From IMG/VR virus record IMGVR_UViG_3300034104_005687, positions 124,001-188,000 of that record: a stretch of 64,000 nt of DNA. The stretch is one strand, 5' to 3'. The notes beneath the pieces are model-generated. The model was not told the DNA's origin. It worked only from the letters and a program-made list of their open reading frames with translations, and did not search any database. Positions 36,671 to 44,692 of this stretch are shown here, in pieces. Position numbers and translations under genes: made by a program. How positions within the stretch are numbered: position 1 is the stretch's first letter; the number at the start of each line of letters is the position of its first letter.

Positions 36671-37690
36671 ATGAGTGCAATTCGCGTAGTAAACGGTACC
36701 TACCGTAACAAACCCGTCCGTAATCAAGAATTCTTTCTTGTGAGCGGTTTCCAATCCGGTGCCAAAGGTAACTATGTTACTGTTAAAAACAACGGCGCTT
36801 TCCCGAACTGCCCTGAAACGATTCGTATCAGTGTAGACAACATCTCTGATATTGAGTATACTAACGGCATGACTACAGAAAAACCCGCAGAGCCAATCCT
36901 GTCCCGTGCAACAGAAACTGATGAGCAAGCCATGGATCGTATCCGTGAGCGTTTTGACATCCTGCACGAAATGACCAAAGCCACTGTCAGCGGCGACATC
37001 CGTGCCATGATTGTGAGCGGCCCTCCTGGCGTGGGCAAGAGCTTTGGCGTTGAGCAAGAAATTGACAAGGCCACAATGTTCGACAAGCTGGCAGGCAAGC
37101 GACTGCGAGCCGAAGTTGTCAAAGGCAGTGCTACTCCTATCGGCCTGTATCAGACACTGTACAAGTACTCAGACGAGAATTGTGTTGTGGTGTTTGACGA
37201 CTGCGACAGCATTTTGCTGGATGACGTAGCTCTTAACTTGCTCAAGGGTGCTCTGGACTCAGGCAAGAAGCGCAAGATTTCCTGGTTGAGTGAATCCAGC
37301 AGCCTGCGTCGCGAAGGCATCCCGGACAGTTTTGAATTCAAAGGCAGTGCCATCTTTATCACCAACTTGAAGTTTGACAAGATGAAATCGCAGAAACTGC
37401 GGGACCACTTGGATGCATTGCAAAGCCGATGCCACTACTTGGACTTGACCTTGGACACCATGCGTGACAAGATCTTGCGTATCAAGCAAATTGCCAAAGA
37501 CGGCGTGTTGTTTGCGGACTACGACTTTGCACCCGAAGTGCAAGACGAGATCATTGACTTTATGAATGTGAATCAGGATCGACTGCGTGAAATGAGCTTG
37601 CGTATGGCAATCAAGATTGCAGACTTGCGCAAGATGAGTATGCTGAACTGGAAGCGGTTGGCAGAGACTACTTGCATGAAGAGTGCCTAA
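36671..37690 (+). CDS. AAA+ ATPase (early)
   Basis: Walker A GPPGVGKS, Walker B VVVFDDCD, FITN sensor, ALQSR arginine finger. Confidence 0.85.
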   Translation: MSAIRVVNGTYRNKPVRNQEFFLVSGFQSGAKGNYVTVKNNGAFPNCPETIRISVDNISDIEYTNGMTTEKPAEPILSRATETDEQAMDRIRERFDILHEMTKATVSGDIRAMIVSGPPGVGKSFGVEQEIDKATMFDKLAGKRLRAEVVKGSATPIGLYQTLYKYSDENCVVVFDDCDSILLDDVALNLLKGALDSGKKRKISWLSESSSLRREGIPDSFEFKGSAIFITNLKFDKMKSQKLRDHLDALQSRCHYLDLTLDTMRDKILRIKQIAKDGVLFADYDFAPEVQDEIIDFMNVNQDRLREMSLRMAIKIADLRKMSMLNWKRLAETTCMKSA

Positions 37691-37797
37691 TGAGCAGTGA
37701 CAAGGCCTTCTATGGAACCATACTTGCCATGATGGCCTTGTTGTTTGGACATCCTGTTGTGGCTTTGTTTATTTTTTTGATTGCGGTGGTGTTATGA
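37690..37797 (+). CDS. 35-aa membrane micro-protein
   Basis: MSSDKAFYGTILAMMALLFGHPVVALFIFLIAVVL, with TAATG and ATGA coupling. Confidence 0.65.
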   Translation: MSSDKAFYGTILAMMALLFGHPVVALFIFLIAVVL

Positions 37798-37946
37798 GCG
37801 TATGGGTCATTTTGAATATTTTTCTTGCATGGCTCATGCTGAAATGGGCCAAGCGTGATTTTGAAGCTGGGCACAATGGCCTGGGTTGGACCAGCATTGT
37901 GTTTAGTGCCTGGAATGCCGCAGCCGCGGCCAATGCAATTTTTTAA
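37794..37946 (+). CDS. 50-aa two-helix membrane micro-protein
   Basis: MSVWVILNIFLAWLMLKWAKRDFEAGHNGLGWTSIVFSAWNAAAAANAIF, ATGA overlap. Confidence 0.65.
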   Translation: MSVWVILNIFLAWLMLKWAKRDFEAGHNGLGWTSIVFSAWNAAAAANAIF

Positions 37947-37955
37947 GGAATATAC

Positions 37956-38084
37956 ATGACAGTAAAATACATTGCTAATCGTGCAGGTGATATTACACTG
38001 CCTTGGGAACCAGGTCTGTTGGAATGGTTGATTGCAAGGTACCCGCACTCAGGATATGAAATAAAGGAATTGACAAATGTTTGA
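37956..38084 (+). CDS. 42-aa hypothetical protein
   Basis: MTVKYIANRAGDITLPWEPGLLEWLIARYPHSGYEIKELTNV, SD AAGGAA. Confidence 0.6.
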   Translation: MTVKYIANRAGDITLPWEPGLLEWLIARYPHSGYEIKELTNV

Positions 38085-38178
38085 AATTTGGGATGGCGAT
38101 TTGTTTTTGTTTGTCGTTGATACTCGGCACGAAGCAGACGAACAACAGCAACAGGGTTTTCGAGTGGTAGCAAAGTAG
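38077..38178 (+). CDS. 33-aa hypothetical protein
   Basis: MFEIWDGDLFLFVVDTRHEADEQQQQGFRVVAK, SD AAGGAA. Confidence 0.55.
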   Translation: MFEIWDGDLFLFVVDTRHEADEQQQQGFRVVAK

Positions 38179-38204
38179 ATGTAGTTTATTTTGTTTTCTT
38201 TTTT

Positions 38205-38236
38205 CCTGGGCATTACACGGTTGGCTCCGGCCCAGG
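38205..38236 (+). ncRNA. candidate antisense RNA element: 7-bp stem whose 18-nt loop contains GGTTGGCTCC
   Basis: CCTGGGC/GCCCAGG stem. The loop decamer is the reverse complement of GGAGCCAACC at 36661-36670. Function is inferred only. Confidence 0.35.
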
Positions 38237-38242
38237 CTTTAT

Positions 38243-38275
38243 AGTAGGTACCCCTAAAAAGGTACCTACTTTTTT
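38243..38275 (+). terminator. intrinsic terminator ending the early operon
   Basis: AGTAGGTACC-8 nt-GGTACCTACT perfect 10-bp stem followed by a T tract. Confidence 0.85.
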
Positions 38276-38302
38276 GACTTGATAGTCACAACAATATATA
38301 CT
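38274..38302 (+). promoter_or_regulatory. sigma70 promoter TTGACT-17-TATACT
   Basis: The ATG at 38309 follows 6 nt after the -10. Confidence 0.75.
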
Positions 38303-38308
38303 ACAGTT

Positions 38309-39175
38309 ATGAGCATTTTGTATATTGAGCTTGAAGATCTGACATTGCAATTTCATGTGTTGGCCACACCTGTAGCAGAGCTGTGGCAAGAGAGAATGAG
38401 TCAACGCCATGCTTGGCCCTTGGATCACCCTCGACGTTTCTACGGTTTTGACAGTGCCAAAACAGAAGCAGATCGTGCATTGACAGAAATTAATCGTTGT
38501 GTAACCATCATCAATCAGTACCAGCACATTGCAGACCGTGCATTGACAGATGTGCATGATCAAGACACCCTGAACTATCTGCACAATATCTTTGAACGAT
38601 ATCACGGCCTGTTGGATCAGCAGAACAGTGAATACTGGATGTCTGCTCCTGATTGGGTTCGGACCGCACTGGCTGATCTCAACTTGGCTGTACACCGATG
38701 TGAAACTGCTCAGTCTGCACCGACCCCTAGGCTGGTGTGTACCTGGTATGGACAACCCAAACAACACACCTTGCCTCTGACTGTACAACAACAATACGGT
38801 ACTGTGAACCCTCCCTGGGGTAGTGTGTGTTTGAACTATTGCGAAATAGGCAAGACTCTAGAAGATCTTGCCAGAGACAATGATCGCTACATTGGAGATG
38901 ATGCATTTCGTCCATTCTCGTACTACAGCAGTGACTTTGTGGTGAGATTTTTTGAATACGACACACCAGCACTTGACAAAACCCATGCAAGTATGCAACA
39001 ATACTACTCAACACACCGTGAGTTTTTTCACAATCGTGGGTTTGAATCTTTTGACAACACGCAACTACAACCATTGCGGTTTCCGGTGGCACAGCTGATA
39101 GAGACCATGCCACGAGATCAATTGTTGCAGGAAATAGCAGTCAGACAACAAGTGACAAATATACATATACAATGA
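38309..39175 (+). CDS. hypothetical protein
   Basis: Long ORF coupled to uvsW, with an internal ADRALT(E/D) duplication. Start moved from 38279 because the promoter lies inside that extension. Confidence 0.7.
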   Translation: MSILYIELEDLTLQFHVLATPVAELWQERMSQRHAWPLDHPRRFYGFDSAKTEADRALTEINRCVTIINQYQHIADRALTDVHDQDTLNYLHNIFERYHGLLDQQNSEYWMSAPDWVRTALADLNLAVHRCETAQSAPTPRLVCTWYGQPKQHTLPLTVQQQYGTVNPPWGSVCLNYCEIGKTLEDLARDNDRYIGDDAFRPFSYYSSDFVVRFFEYDTPALDKTHASMQQYYSTHREFFHNRGFESFDNTQLQPLRFPVAQLIETMPRDQLLQEIAVRQQVTNIHIQ

Positions 39176-40641
39176 AATTAGCAACCATAGTAATCCGAGA
39201 CGAAGTCAATATCAAGATAGAGGGGCTAGATCTTGATGTGCGTAAAAAACTAGTGAACACATTCAAGTACGAAATACCCGGAGCACGGTATCAACCTGCT
39301 GTGAGACTGGGTCGGTGGGATGGCAAAGTGGCCTACTTTCAGTTGGGCGGCAGCAGTTATATCAATCTATTGCCCGAGATCATTCCCATCCTGGAGCAGT
39401 ACGACTACAACATTGAACTGGATGATCAGCGTGATTACTCCAACACATTTGAATTTGATGCCATGCAGGAACACACATTCCAGGACACAATGTGGCCTGT
39501 GGGGCATCCTATGGCAGGACAGCCTGTGATGTTGCGTGACTATCAGGTAGAGATTGTGAATAATTATCTACAGAACCCACAGTGTATTCAAGAAGTGGCC
39601 ACAGGTGCAGGCAAGACCCTGATGACAGCAGCTCTGAGTTGGAACGTGCAAAAATATGGCAGGTCCATCATTATTGTGCCCAACAAAGATCTTGTGCGGC
39701 AGACTGAAAAGGACTACATCAATCTAGGACTGGATGTGGGTGTGTATTTTGGCGATCGCAAAGAGCTGGGCAAGACGCATACCATTTGCACTTGGCAAAG
39801 TCTCAATGTGCTGATGAAAAACTCAGCCAGCGGTGCGGCAGACTTTACCATGCTGGACTTTATGGAAGGTGTGGTGTGTGTGATTGTGGACGAGGTACAC
39901 ATGGCCAAAGCAGATGCACTCAAAACCATGCTTACAGGTGTGATGTCGCGAGTGCCAATTCGTTGGGGACTCACGGGCACAGTGCCCAAAGAAAAGTTTG
40001 AAAGCCAAAGCCTGTTGGTGAGCCTGGGACCAGTTATCAGCAAGCTCAGTGCCAGTGAACTACAGGACCGTGGTGTGTTGGCACAGTGCCATGTGAACAT
40101 TGTACAACTGTTGGACCATGTGGAGTTCAGCAACTATCAAAGTGAGCTCAAATACTTGCTGGAGGAGAAGGGTAGGCTAGACGCCATGGCAGGGCTGATC
40201 CTGCAGATCAATGAAACTGGCAATACCTTGGTACTAGTAGACCGTGTGGCAGCAGGCACTGAGCTAGTAGCAAGGCTGGGTGACAAAGCGGTGTTTGTGA
40301 GTGGTGCAACCAAATCAAAAGACCGACAGGATGAATATGATCAAGTGGCCAACGCAACAGACAAAATCATTGTGGCCACATACGGAGTTGCAGCCGTGGG
40401 TATCAATATTCCTCGCATTTTTAATTTGGTGCTTGTTGAACCTGGTAAGAGCTTTGTACGTGTTATTCAAAGTATTGGGCGAGGTATTAGAAAAGCAGAG
40501 GACAAAGACCACGTACAAATCTGGGACGTGACAAGTACCTGCAAGTTTGCCAAGCGTCACTTGACCAAACGCAAACAGTTTTATCGAGATGCCAACTATC
40601 CGTTTACTGCGGAAAAATTAGACTGGATGAAAATAGCATGA
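39172..40641 (+). CDS. uvsW: SF2 DNA helicase UvsW-like
   Basis: LRDYQ, ATGAGKT, VDEVH, GLTGT, QSIGRGIR. Confidence 0.9.
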   Translation: MKLATIVIRDEVNIKIEGLDLDVRKKLVNTFKYEIPGARYQPAVRLGRWDGKVAYFQLGGSSYINLLPEIIPILEQYDYNIELDDQRDYSNTFEFDAMQEHTFQDTMWPVGHPMAGQPVMLRDYQVEIVNNYLQNPQCIQEVATGAGKTLMTAALSWNVQKYGRSIIIVPNKDLVRQTEKDYINLGLDVGVYFGDRKELGKTHTICTWQSLNVLMKNSASGAADFTMLDFMEGVVCVIVDEVHMAKADALKTMLTGVMSRVPIRWGLTGTVPKEKFESQSLLVSLGPVISKLSASELQDRGVLAQCHVNIVQLLDHVEFSNYQSELKYLLEEKGRLDAMAGLILQINETGNTLVLVDRVAAGTELVARLGDKAVFVSGATKSKDRQDEYDQVANATDKIIVATYGVAAVGINIPRIFNLVLVEPGKSFVRVIQSIGRGIRKAEDKDHVQIWDVTSTCKFAKRHLTKRKQFYRDANYPFTAEKLDWMKIA

Positions 40642-41342
40642 AAATAATTGTATGCGGTGATAGTTTTTGTGCAAGCAGTAACCAAGAAAGTCTGCTGCCT
40701 GGACCACGAGCTCACTTTAGTCAGATACTGGAAGATCAGTACGGATACCAAGTGCTGAATCTTGCTCACGGTGCTATGAGTAATACAGCTATCTGGTTTC
40801 AAATTGAGCAAGCAACAAAGCTCAATCCTGACATAATTGTTTACAATAGAACATGGAGCAGCAGACTAGATTTGTATGTAAGAGATGCATACTATAATAC
40901 CACTGACAGTCTAAAAAATTTTATCTACTACGATCCTTGTTTTTCTAGTTCGCATACACCTTACGTTGGAGGTGTAGGTGCTGATGACAATAGCAAAGAA
41001 GGAAGTATGATTATCAGCACCGGAAGATTGAACATGGAAAATAGCCCGTTTTTTAAGCTGACCAAAGAACAAATAACTGCGGTTAATTTATATTTCAAAT
41101 ATCTGTACAATGATACTTTACAGACACAAACAGATCGGTGGATTTTTGAATATTGGGAAAGTCGCTGCGAAAAGCAAGGCATAAAAACTTTGTGTTTCAA
41201 CGACGACGATATTGGAGCTCCAGCTTACAAATTTTCAGAATCCAACCGAGAATACGATTCCCCGTTTCACACTGATCGAGCTACGCAAGAAATAGTTGCT
41301 GCCAAGATACATTGTAAAATTGTTGACAGTTTGAAACAATGA
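40638..41342 (+). CDS. SGNH/GDSL-like protein
   Basis: IIVCGDSF, NLAHGAMSN, C-terminal DSPFHT. Confidence 0.5.
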   Translation: MKIIVCGDSFCASSNQESLLPGPRAHFSQILEDQYGYQVLNLAHGAMSNTAIWFQIEQATKLNPDIIVYNRTWSSRLDLYVRDAYYNTTDSLKNFIYYDPCFSSSHTPYVGGVGADDNSKEGSMIISTGRLNMENSPFFKLTKEQITAVNLYFKYLYNDTLQTQTDRWIFEYWESRCEKQGIKTLCFNDDDIGAPAYKFSESNREYDSPFHTDRATQEIVAAKIHCKIVDSLKQ

Positions 41343-41351
41343 TGTTAAAAT
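41323..41351 (+). promoter_or_regulatory. sigma70 promoter TTGACA-17-TAAAAT embedded in the 3' end of the SGNH-like gene
   Basis: Direct consensus match, 8 nt before the ATG at 41360. Confidence 0.7.
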
Positions 41352-41359
41352 AAAATTAT

Positions 41360-41860
41360 ATGCGTATACTAACCTTAGACAATCAACACTACAATCTAGA
41401 TCACCTGCCTGAAGAAATTGACGACATGCGATTTGCTATCCTAGACAATTCAAATCCGGCAGACCCAGATTATCATTTTATACCACTTATCTTTTTGGAA
41501 AGTTTTACTGCACCAGCCCTGGTATTGAGGATAGGCAACAACACAGTGCGTATGCCCATGGACTGGCAGATCCTGATTGGTGAACCCGAAGTAGGCGACC
41601 TTGAAGTGTTGCCTTTGACTTCGATCAACGACCGAGGATTCCGAGTATTTCAATTCAATCCGTTGACCAGCTTTCGTCCTAGTTTTCCCGACATTGAGAT
41701 CCTGGATGTGTATCATGAAGTTTCGTGGTATGCACCCAAACTTAAAAATGGACAAATGCTGGCAGTGCCGTTGAGTGATGATCCTGAACCTGACTGCGTT
41801 TATTTTGTCAAGGATGTCAGTCGCAACTGCGAAATTGTGGACTACAACAAAGCATGGTGA
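41360..41860 (+). CDS. hypothetical protein
   Basis: 166-aa ORF with core-like codon usage. Confidence 0.75.
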   Translation: MRILTLDNQHYNLDHLPEEIDDMRFAILDNSNPADPDYHFIPLIFLESFTAPALVLRIGNNTVRMPMDWQILIGEPEVGDLEVLPLTSINDRGFRVFQFNPLTSFRPSFPDIEILDVYHEVSWYAPKLKNGQMLAVPLSDDPEPDCVYFVKDVSRNCEIVDYNKAW

Positions 41861-41864
41861 TACT

Positions 41865-42200
41865 ATGAACTTGAAATATACTAATCATGATGTTGGTGGC
41901 GAAATTGTCAAAGACAACGAAACCTACTTGCTTAAAGACAACAAGACCTTGAAAAATCTTGTGTTGAGTTCGACCAAACTGTATCGAGGCCAGGCCACAC
42001 GTGGGCACAGTCACGAGGGCCAGGAAGAAGTTTACTTCTTTGTGCAAGGCACAGGCATGATGCTGGTAGACAATGAAAAGTTTAGAGTCAGTGCCGGAGA
42101 TATTATCTTGATTCCCGATGGTGCATTTCACCGAGTAATCAACGATGGCGAAATGCACTTGGTATTCAACTGTGTGTTTGATGGCACAAGGAATCACTAA
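41865..42200 (+). CDS. cupin-domain protein
   Basis: GHSHEGQEEVYFFVQG.G and GDIILIPDGAFHRV metal-binding cupin motifs. Start corrected to MNLKY. Confidence 0.85.
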   Translation: MNLKYTNHDVGGEIVKDNETYLLKDNKTLKNLVLSSTKLYRGQATRGHSHEGQEEVYFFVQGTGMMLVDNEKFRVSAGDIILIPDGAFHRVINDGEMHLVFNCVFDGTRNH

Positions 42201-42499
42201 TGGGTACGTTGAAGCCAGGCGCAACATACATCTATGAACGTGCTGATGGTATTGTGTATGCACGAGAGTCGGGCGCTGATCCAAGCACACGTCAAGTGGT
42301 AGGATACGAATCTGGTGCAGACTATGATCCTTACAAAACTTCAGACTCACGCACTGCTGATGGGCGGCCCTTGCATGATCACATGCGTCAAGACAAACTC
42401 TGGGGAGACATACGCCGTACTGCTCGCACCAATCCCACTTTACAAGATGCCCTAGATCGTGCTATAATGATCTACAACTTGAGTAAAACAGATGAGTGA
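42200..42499 (+). CDS. hypothetical protein
   Basis: 99 aa, TAATG-coupled. Confidence 0.7.
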   Translation: MGTLKPGATYIYERADGIVYARESGADPSTRQVVGYESGADYDPYKTSDSRTADGRPLHDHMRQDKLWGDIRRTARTNPTLQDALDRAIMIYNLSKTDE

Positions 42500-42944
42500 T
42501 AAACTAAGCATTGCCAACGAGATGCGACAATTTGATCGCAAAAATCGAGACTTCTACAACGAACTCACAGACGAAGAACGAAAAAAGTTTTCGCCGTACT
42601 TGATGATTCGCTGGGGTAGCGCAGTAGAAGGGTCGCGAGATCTACAAGAGTTCTATGTTATCTCCACCAACGAGCGCCTCAACAAACACTTCTTTGCAGT
42701 CAACACCACAGCACACAAAAAGCTACAGTGGTTGATGGCCACTGCAGTCAGTCCAGACATGGGCACTCCTAGACATGTCTGGATTGCGCCCAAAAAAAGG
42801 GAAGCCGGGGTTAGTGCCAAGCGCAAACAGTTAATGGCCATTTATCCCACTCACAAGGATGACGAGATTGATGTCATGATGCAAATTATCACAGACAAAG
42901 AGATCAAAGAGTATCTTAAACAAAGCGGGCAGGACACAAAATGA
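42492..42944 (+). CDS. putative clamp-loader small subunit (T4 gp62-like)
   Basis: FSPYLMIRW...NE.LN...H..LQWL....P..G...H.WI..KK parallels gp62-type proteins. Confidence 0.4.
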   Translation: MSDKLSIANEMRQFDRKNRDFYNELTDEERKKFSPYLMIRWGSAVEGSRDLQEFYVISTNERLNKHFFAVNTTAHKKLQWLMATAVSPDMGTPRHVWIAPKKREAGVSAKRKQLMAIYPTHKDDEIDVMMQIITDKEIKEYLKQSGQDTK

Positions 42945-43672
42945 TCGAGCAGTTAGTGGTCAATGGTTGTAGCTACATGGAAACCTATGCGTTTGGTGAC
43001 GGACATGTAGACCTAGCTGAACGACTGGACATTAGAACTCCCGCAGGTGCAATCAACGCAGTGAGCTTGGCCATTGGTGGCAGTGCCAACAGTCGCATCT
43101 TACGCACAGTACACAAGCACAGTTACAATCCAGGCTACAACACATTGTATGTGATGGGCATGACATTTGTAAGCCGTTTAGAAATTCCCATACTGGATGA
43201 TCGTGATCTGTTTGAAGGACGTTGGACCAATCCTCAAAATCAACAGTTTCAAAATCGTTGGATGCAGCATTGGACTACCAAAAATAGTGAACAGTATGTA
43301 GAGCTCAAGTTAAAGTATGAAAGCGACAGTATCCTGGATCGCACTGAAGATTTAATGTATCGTATCCTGGCCACAGTGGACAGTATAAAAATGCGCGGAC
43401 ATCGTGTGTTGGTATTTCAACAAGCTGACAATTTATATCAAGAAATACTGTCTGATGCCAGATTTGCCCCGATGCGCAATCGCCCAGAAATCATAAACGG
43501 GTTGGCCTGGCGAGCAGTGGCCTGGCAACATGAGCAAGGAGTACAGCCCACAATATACGCACCAGGCCATCCTTACGTACCGCCCGAAATGGTGCATCCA
43601 GCTGCCGGCCACCATCACATATTGAATCAATACTTGACAGACTACATCCAAGAGCATAAAATACTAGCATGA
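42941..43672 (+). CDS. SGNH/GDSL-like protein
   Basis: LVVNGCSY, LAIGGSANSRILR, C-terminal EMVHP. Confidence 0.5.
   Translation: MIEQLVVNGCSYMETYAFGDGHVDLAERLDIRTPAGAINAVSLAIGGSANSRILRTVHKHSYNPGYNTLYVMGMTFVSRLEIPILDDRDLFEGRWTNPQNQQFQNRWMQHWTTKNSEQYVELKLKYESDSILDRTEDLMYRILATVDSIKMRGHRVLVFQQADNLYQEILSDARFAPMRNRPEIINGLAWRAVAWQHEQGVQPTIYAPGHPYVPPEMVHPAAGHHHILNQYLTDYIQEHKILA
43634..43662 (+). promoter_or_regulatory. sigma70 promoter TTGACA-17-TAAAAT embedded in the 3' end of the SGNH-like gene
   Basis: Direct consensus match, 6 nt before the ATG at 43669. Confidence 0.75.
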
Positions 43673-44343
43673 GCTTTGTGTGTGAATATTGTAAAAAAAC
43701 ATTTGCACGTGAAAGCACCATTGTGGCTCACATGTGCGAACCCAAACGTCGACGCATGGAGCAGAGTGAGCGCGGTGTGCAGTTGGGCTTGCAGGCCTAT
43801 CTGCAGTTTTATCGCATGGTGCAAGGCGGCAGCAAAGCCAAGTCATTTGACGAGTTTGCAGACAGTCCTTACTACCGAGCATTTGTGAAGTTTGGACGTT
43901 ACTGTATAGATACTAGGGTAATAAATCCCCCACGCATGATTGATTGGTTGTTGAAGCACAACAAAAAAATTGACAACTGGTGTTCAGACAAAGTCTACAC
44001 TGAATACTTGCTGTATCACCTGCAACACGAAGCAGTGGATGATGCATTGACCAGAGCCATAGAGTTTGGTATAGAATGGGCTGAAAAGAATTCAGCACAA
44101 CCACAGGACTGTTTGAGATATGGCAACACCAATGCAGTGTGTTATGCAATCACTGCAGGTCGAATCAGTCCCTGGGCAATCTACAATTCAGAGTCGGGTC
44201 AGAAGTTCCTGGCCAGTCTACATCCTCAACAGGTAGAAATGATCTGGAGTTATATCAACAGCGACACCTGGTCACGTAGGTTTGCAGAGCGTCCAGAAGA
44301 TCAGACCTATGCACAAGAAATATTGACAAGAGCAGGATGGTAA
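43669..44343 (+). CDS. protein with N-terminal C2H2-type zinc finger
   Basis: F.CEYCKKTFARESTIVAHMC fits C-x2-C-x3-F-x5-(L/I)-x2-H. Confidence 0.65.
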   Translation: MSFVCEYCKKTFARESTIVAHMCEPKRRRMEQSERGVQLGLQAYLQFYRMVQGGSKAKSFDEFADSPYYRAFVKFGRYCIDTRVINPPRMIDWLLKHNKKIDNWCSDKVYTEYLLYHLQHEAVDDALTRAIEFGIEWAEKNSAQPQDCLRYGNTNAVCYAITAGRISPWAIYNSESGQKFLASLHPQQVEMIWSYINSDTWSRRFAERPEDQTYAQEILTRAGW

Positions 44344-44344
44344 C

Positions 44345-44692
44345 ATGATTAGAAATATCACAGGTGGCTACGGAATACACGTTGCAGGCAACGTTTACAA
44401 TTCACCTTACGTAGACATGTCTCGACCCAGTGCTGGCATGGTACGGTACAACGGCAACAATATTGAAGTGTATGATGGCAGCTCATGGTTGCCTATGACA
44501 TCGAGCTATCCACAGATTGAACTGGACAGCAAAACACAGGAAATCATACGTTGGGCACAAAACCGTATGGTCGAGGAAGAACGCATGAAGGCCCTGGCAG
44601 CTCAACATCCCACAGTGGCAGATGCACTGGCGGCACAACAACGAGCTGAAGAAGCTGTGCGTATTGCAGTGGCCCTGTGTGACGTAAAATGA
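44345..44692 (+). CDS. hypothetical protein
   Basis: 115 aa with GMVRYN...EVYDGSSW and a C-terminal coiled coil. Confidence 0.7.
   Translation: MIRNITGGYGIHVAGNVYNSPYVDMSRPSAGMVRYNGNNIEVYDGSSWLPMTSSYPQIELDSKTQEIIRWAQNRMVEEERMKALAAQHPTVADALAAQQRAEEAVRIAVALCDVK

Larger units (their letters stand above)
35212..36673 (+). repeat. five near-identical sigma70 early promoter/RBS cassettes (-35 at 35212, 35507, 35942, 36169, 36611)
   Basis: Each reads TTGAC(A/C/G), a 17-nt spacer ending (T)CCCA(A/T)TTTG(C/T), then TATAAT and AAAGGA(GCCA). Copies 2 and 3 differ at only 2 of ~53 nt. Confidence 0.92.

Noticed and set aside
35212-36673. Repeated ~30-55 nt units as a CRISPR array
   Set aside because: The intervals are 230-440 nt, irregular and contain genes. 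The repeats are sigma70 promoters with RBS.
38219-38228. Hairpin loop as a 16S rRNA anti-SD mimic
   Set aside because: Only CTCC matches the 16S tail (CACCTCCT). The remaining bases match the phage's own leaders, so it is reported as phage-specific antisense instead.
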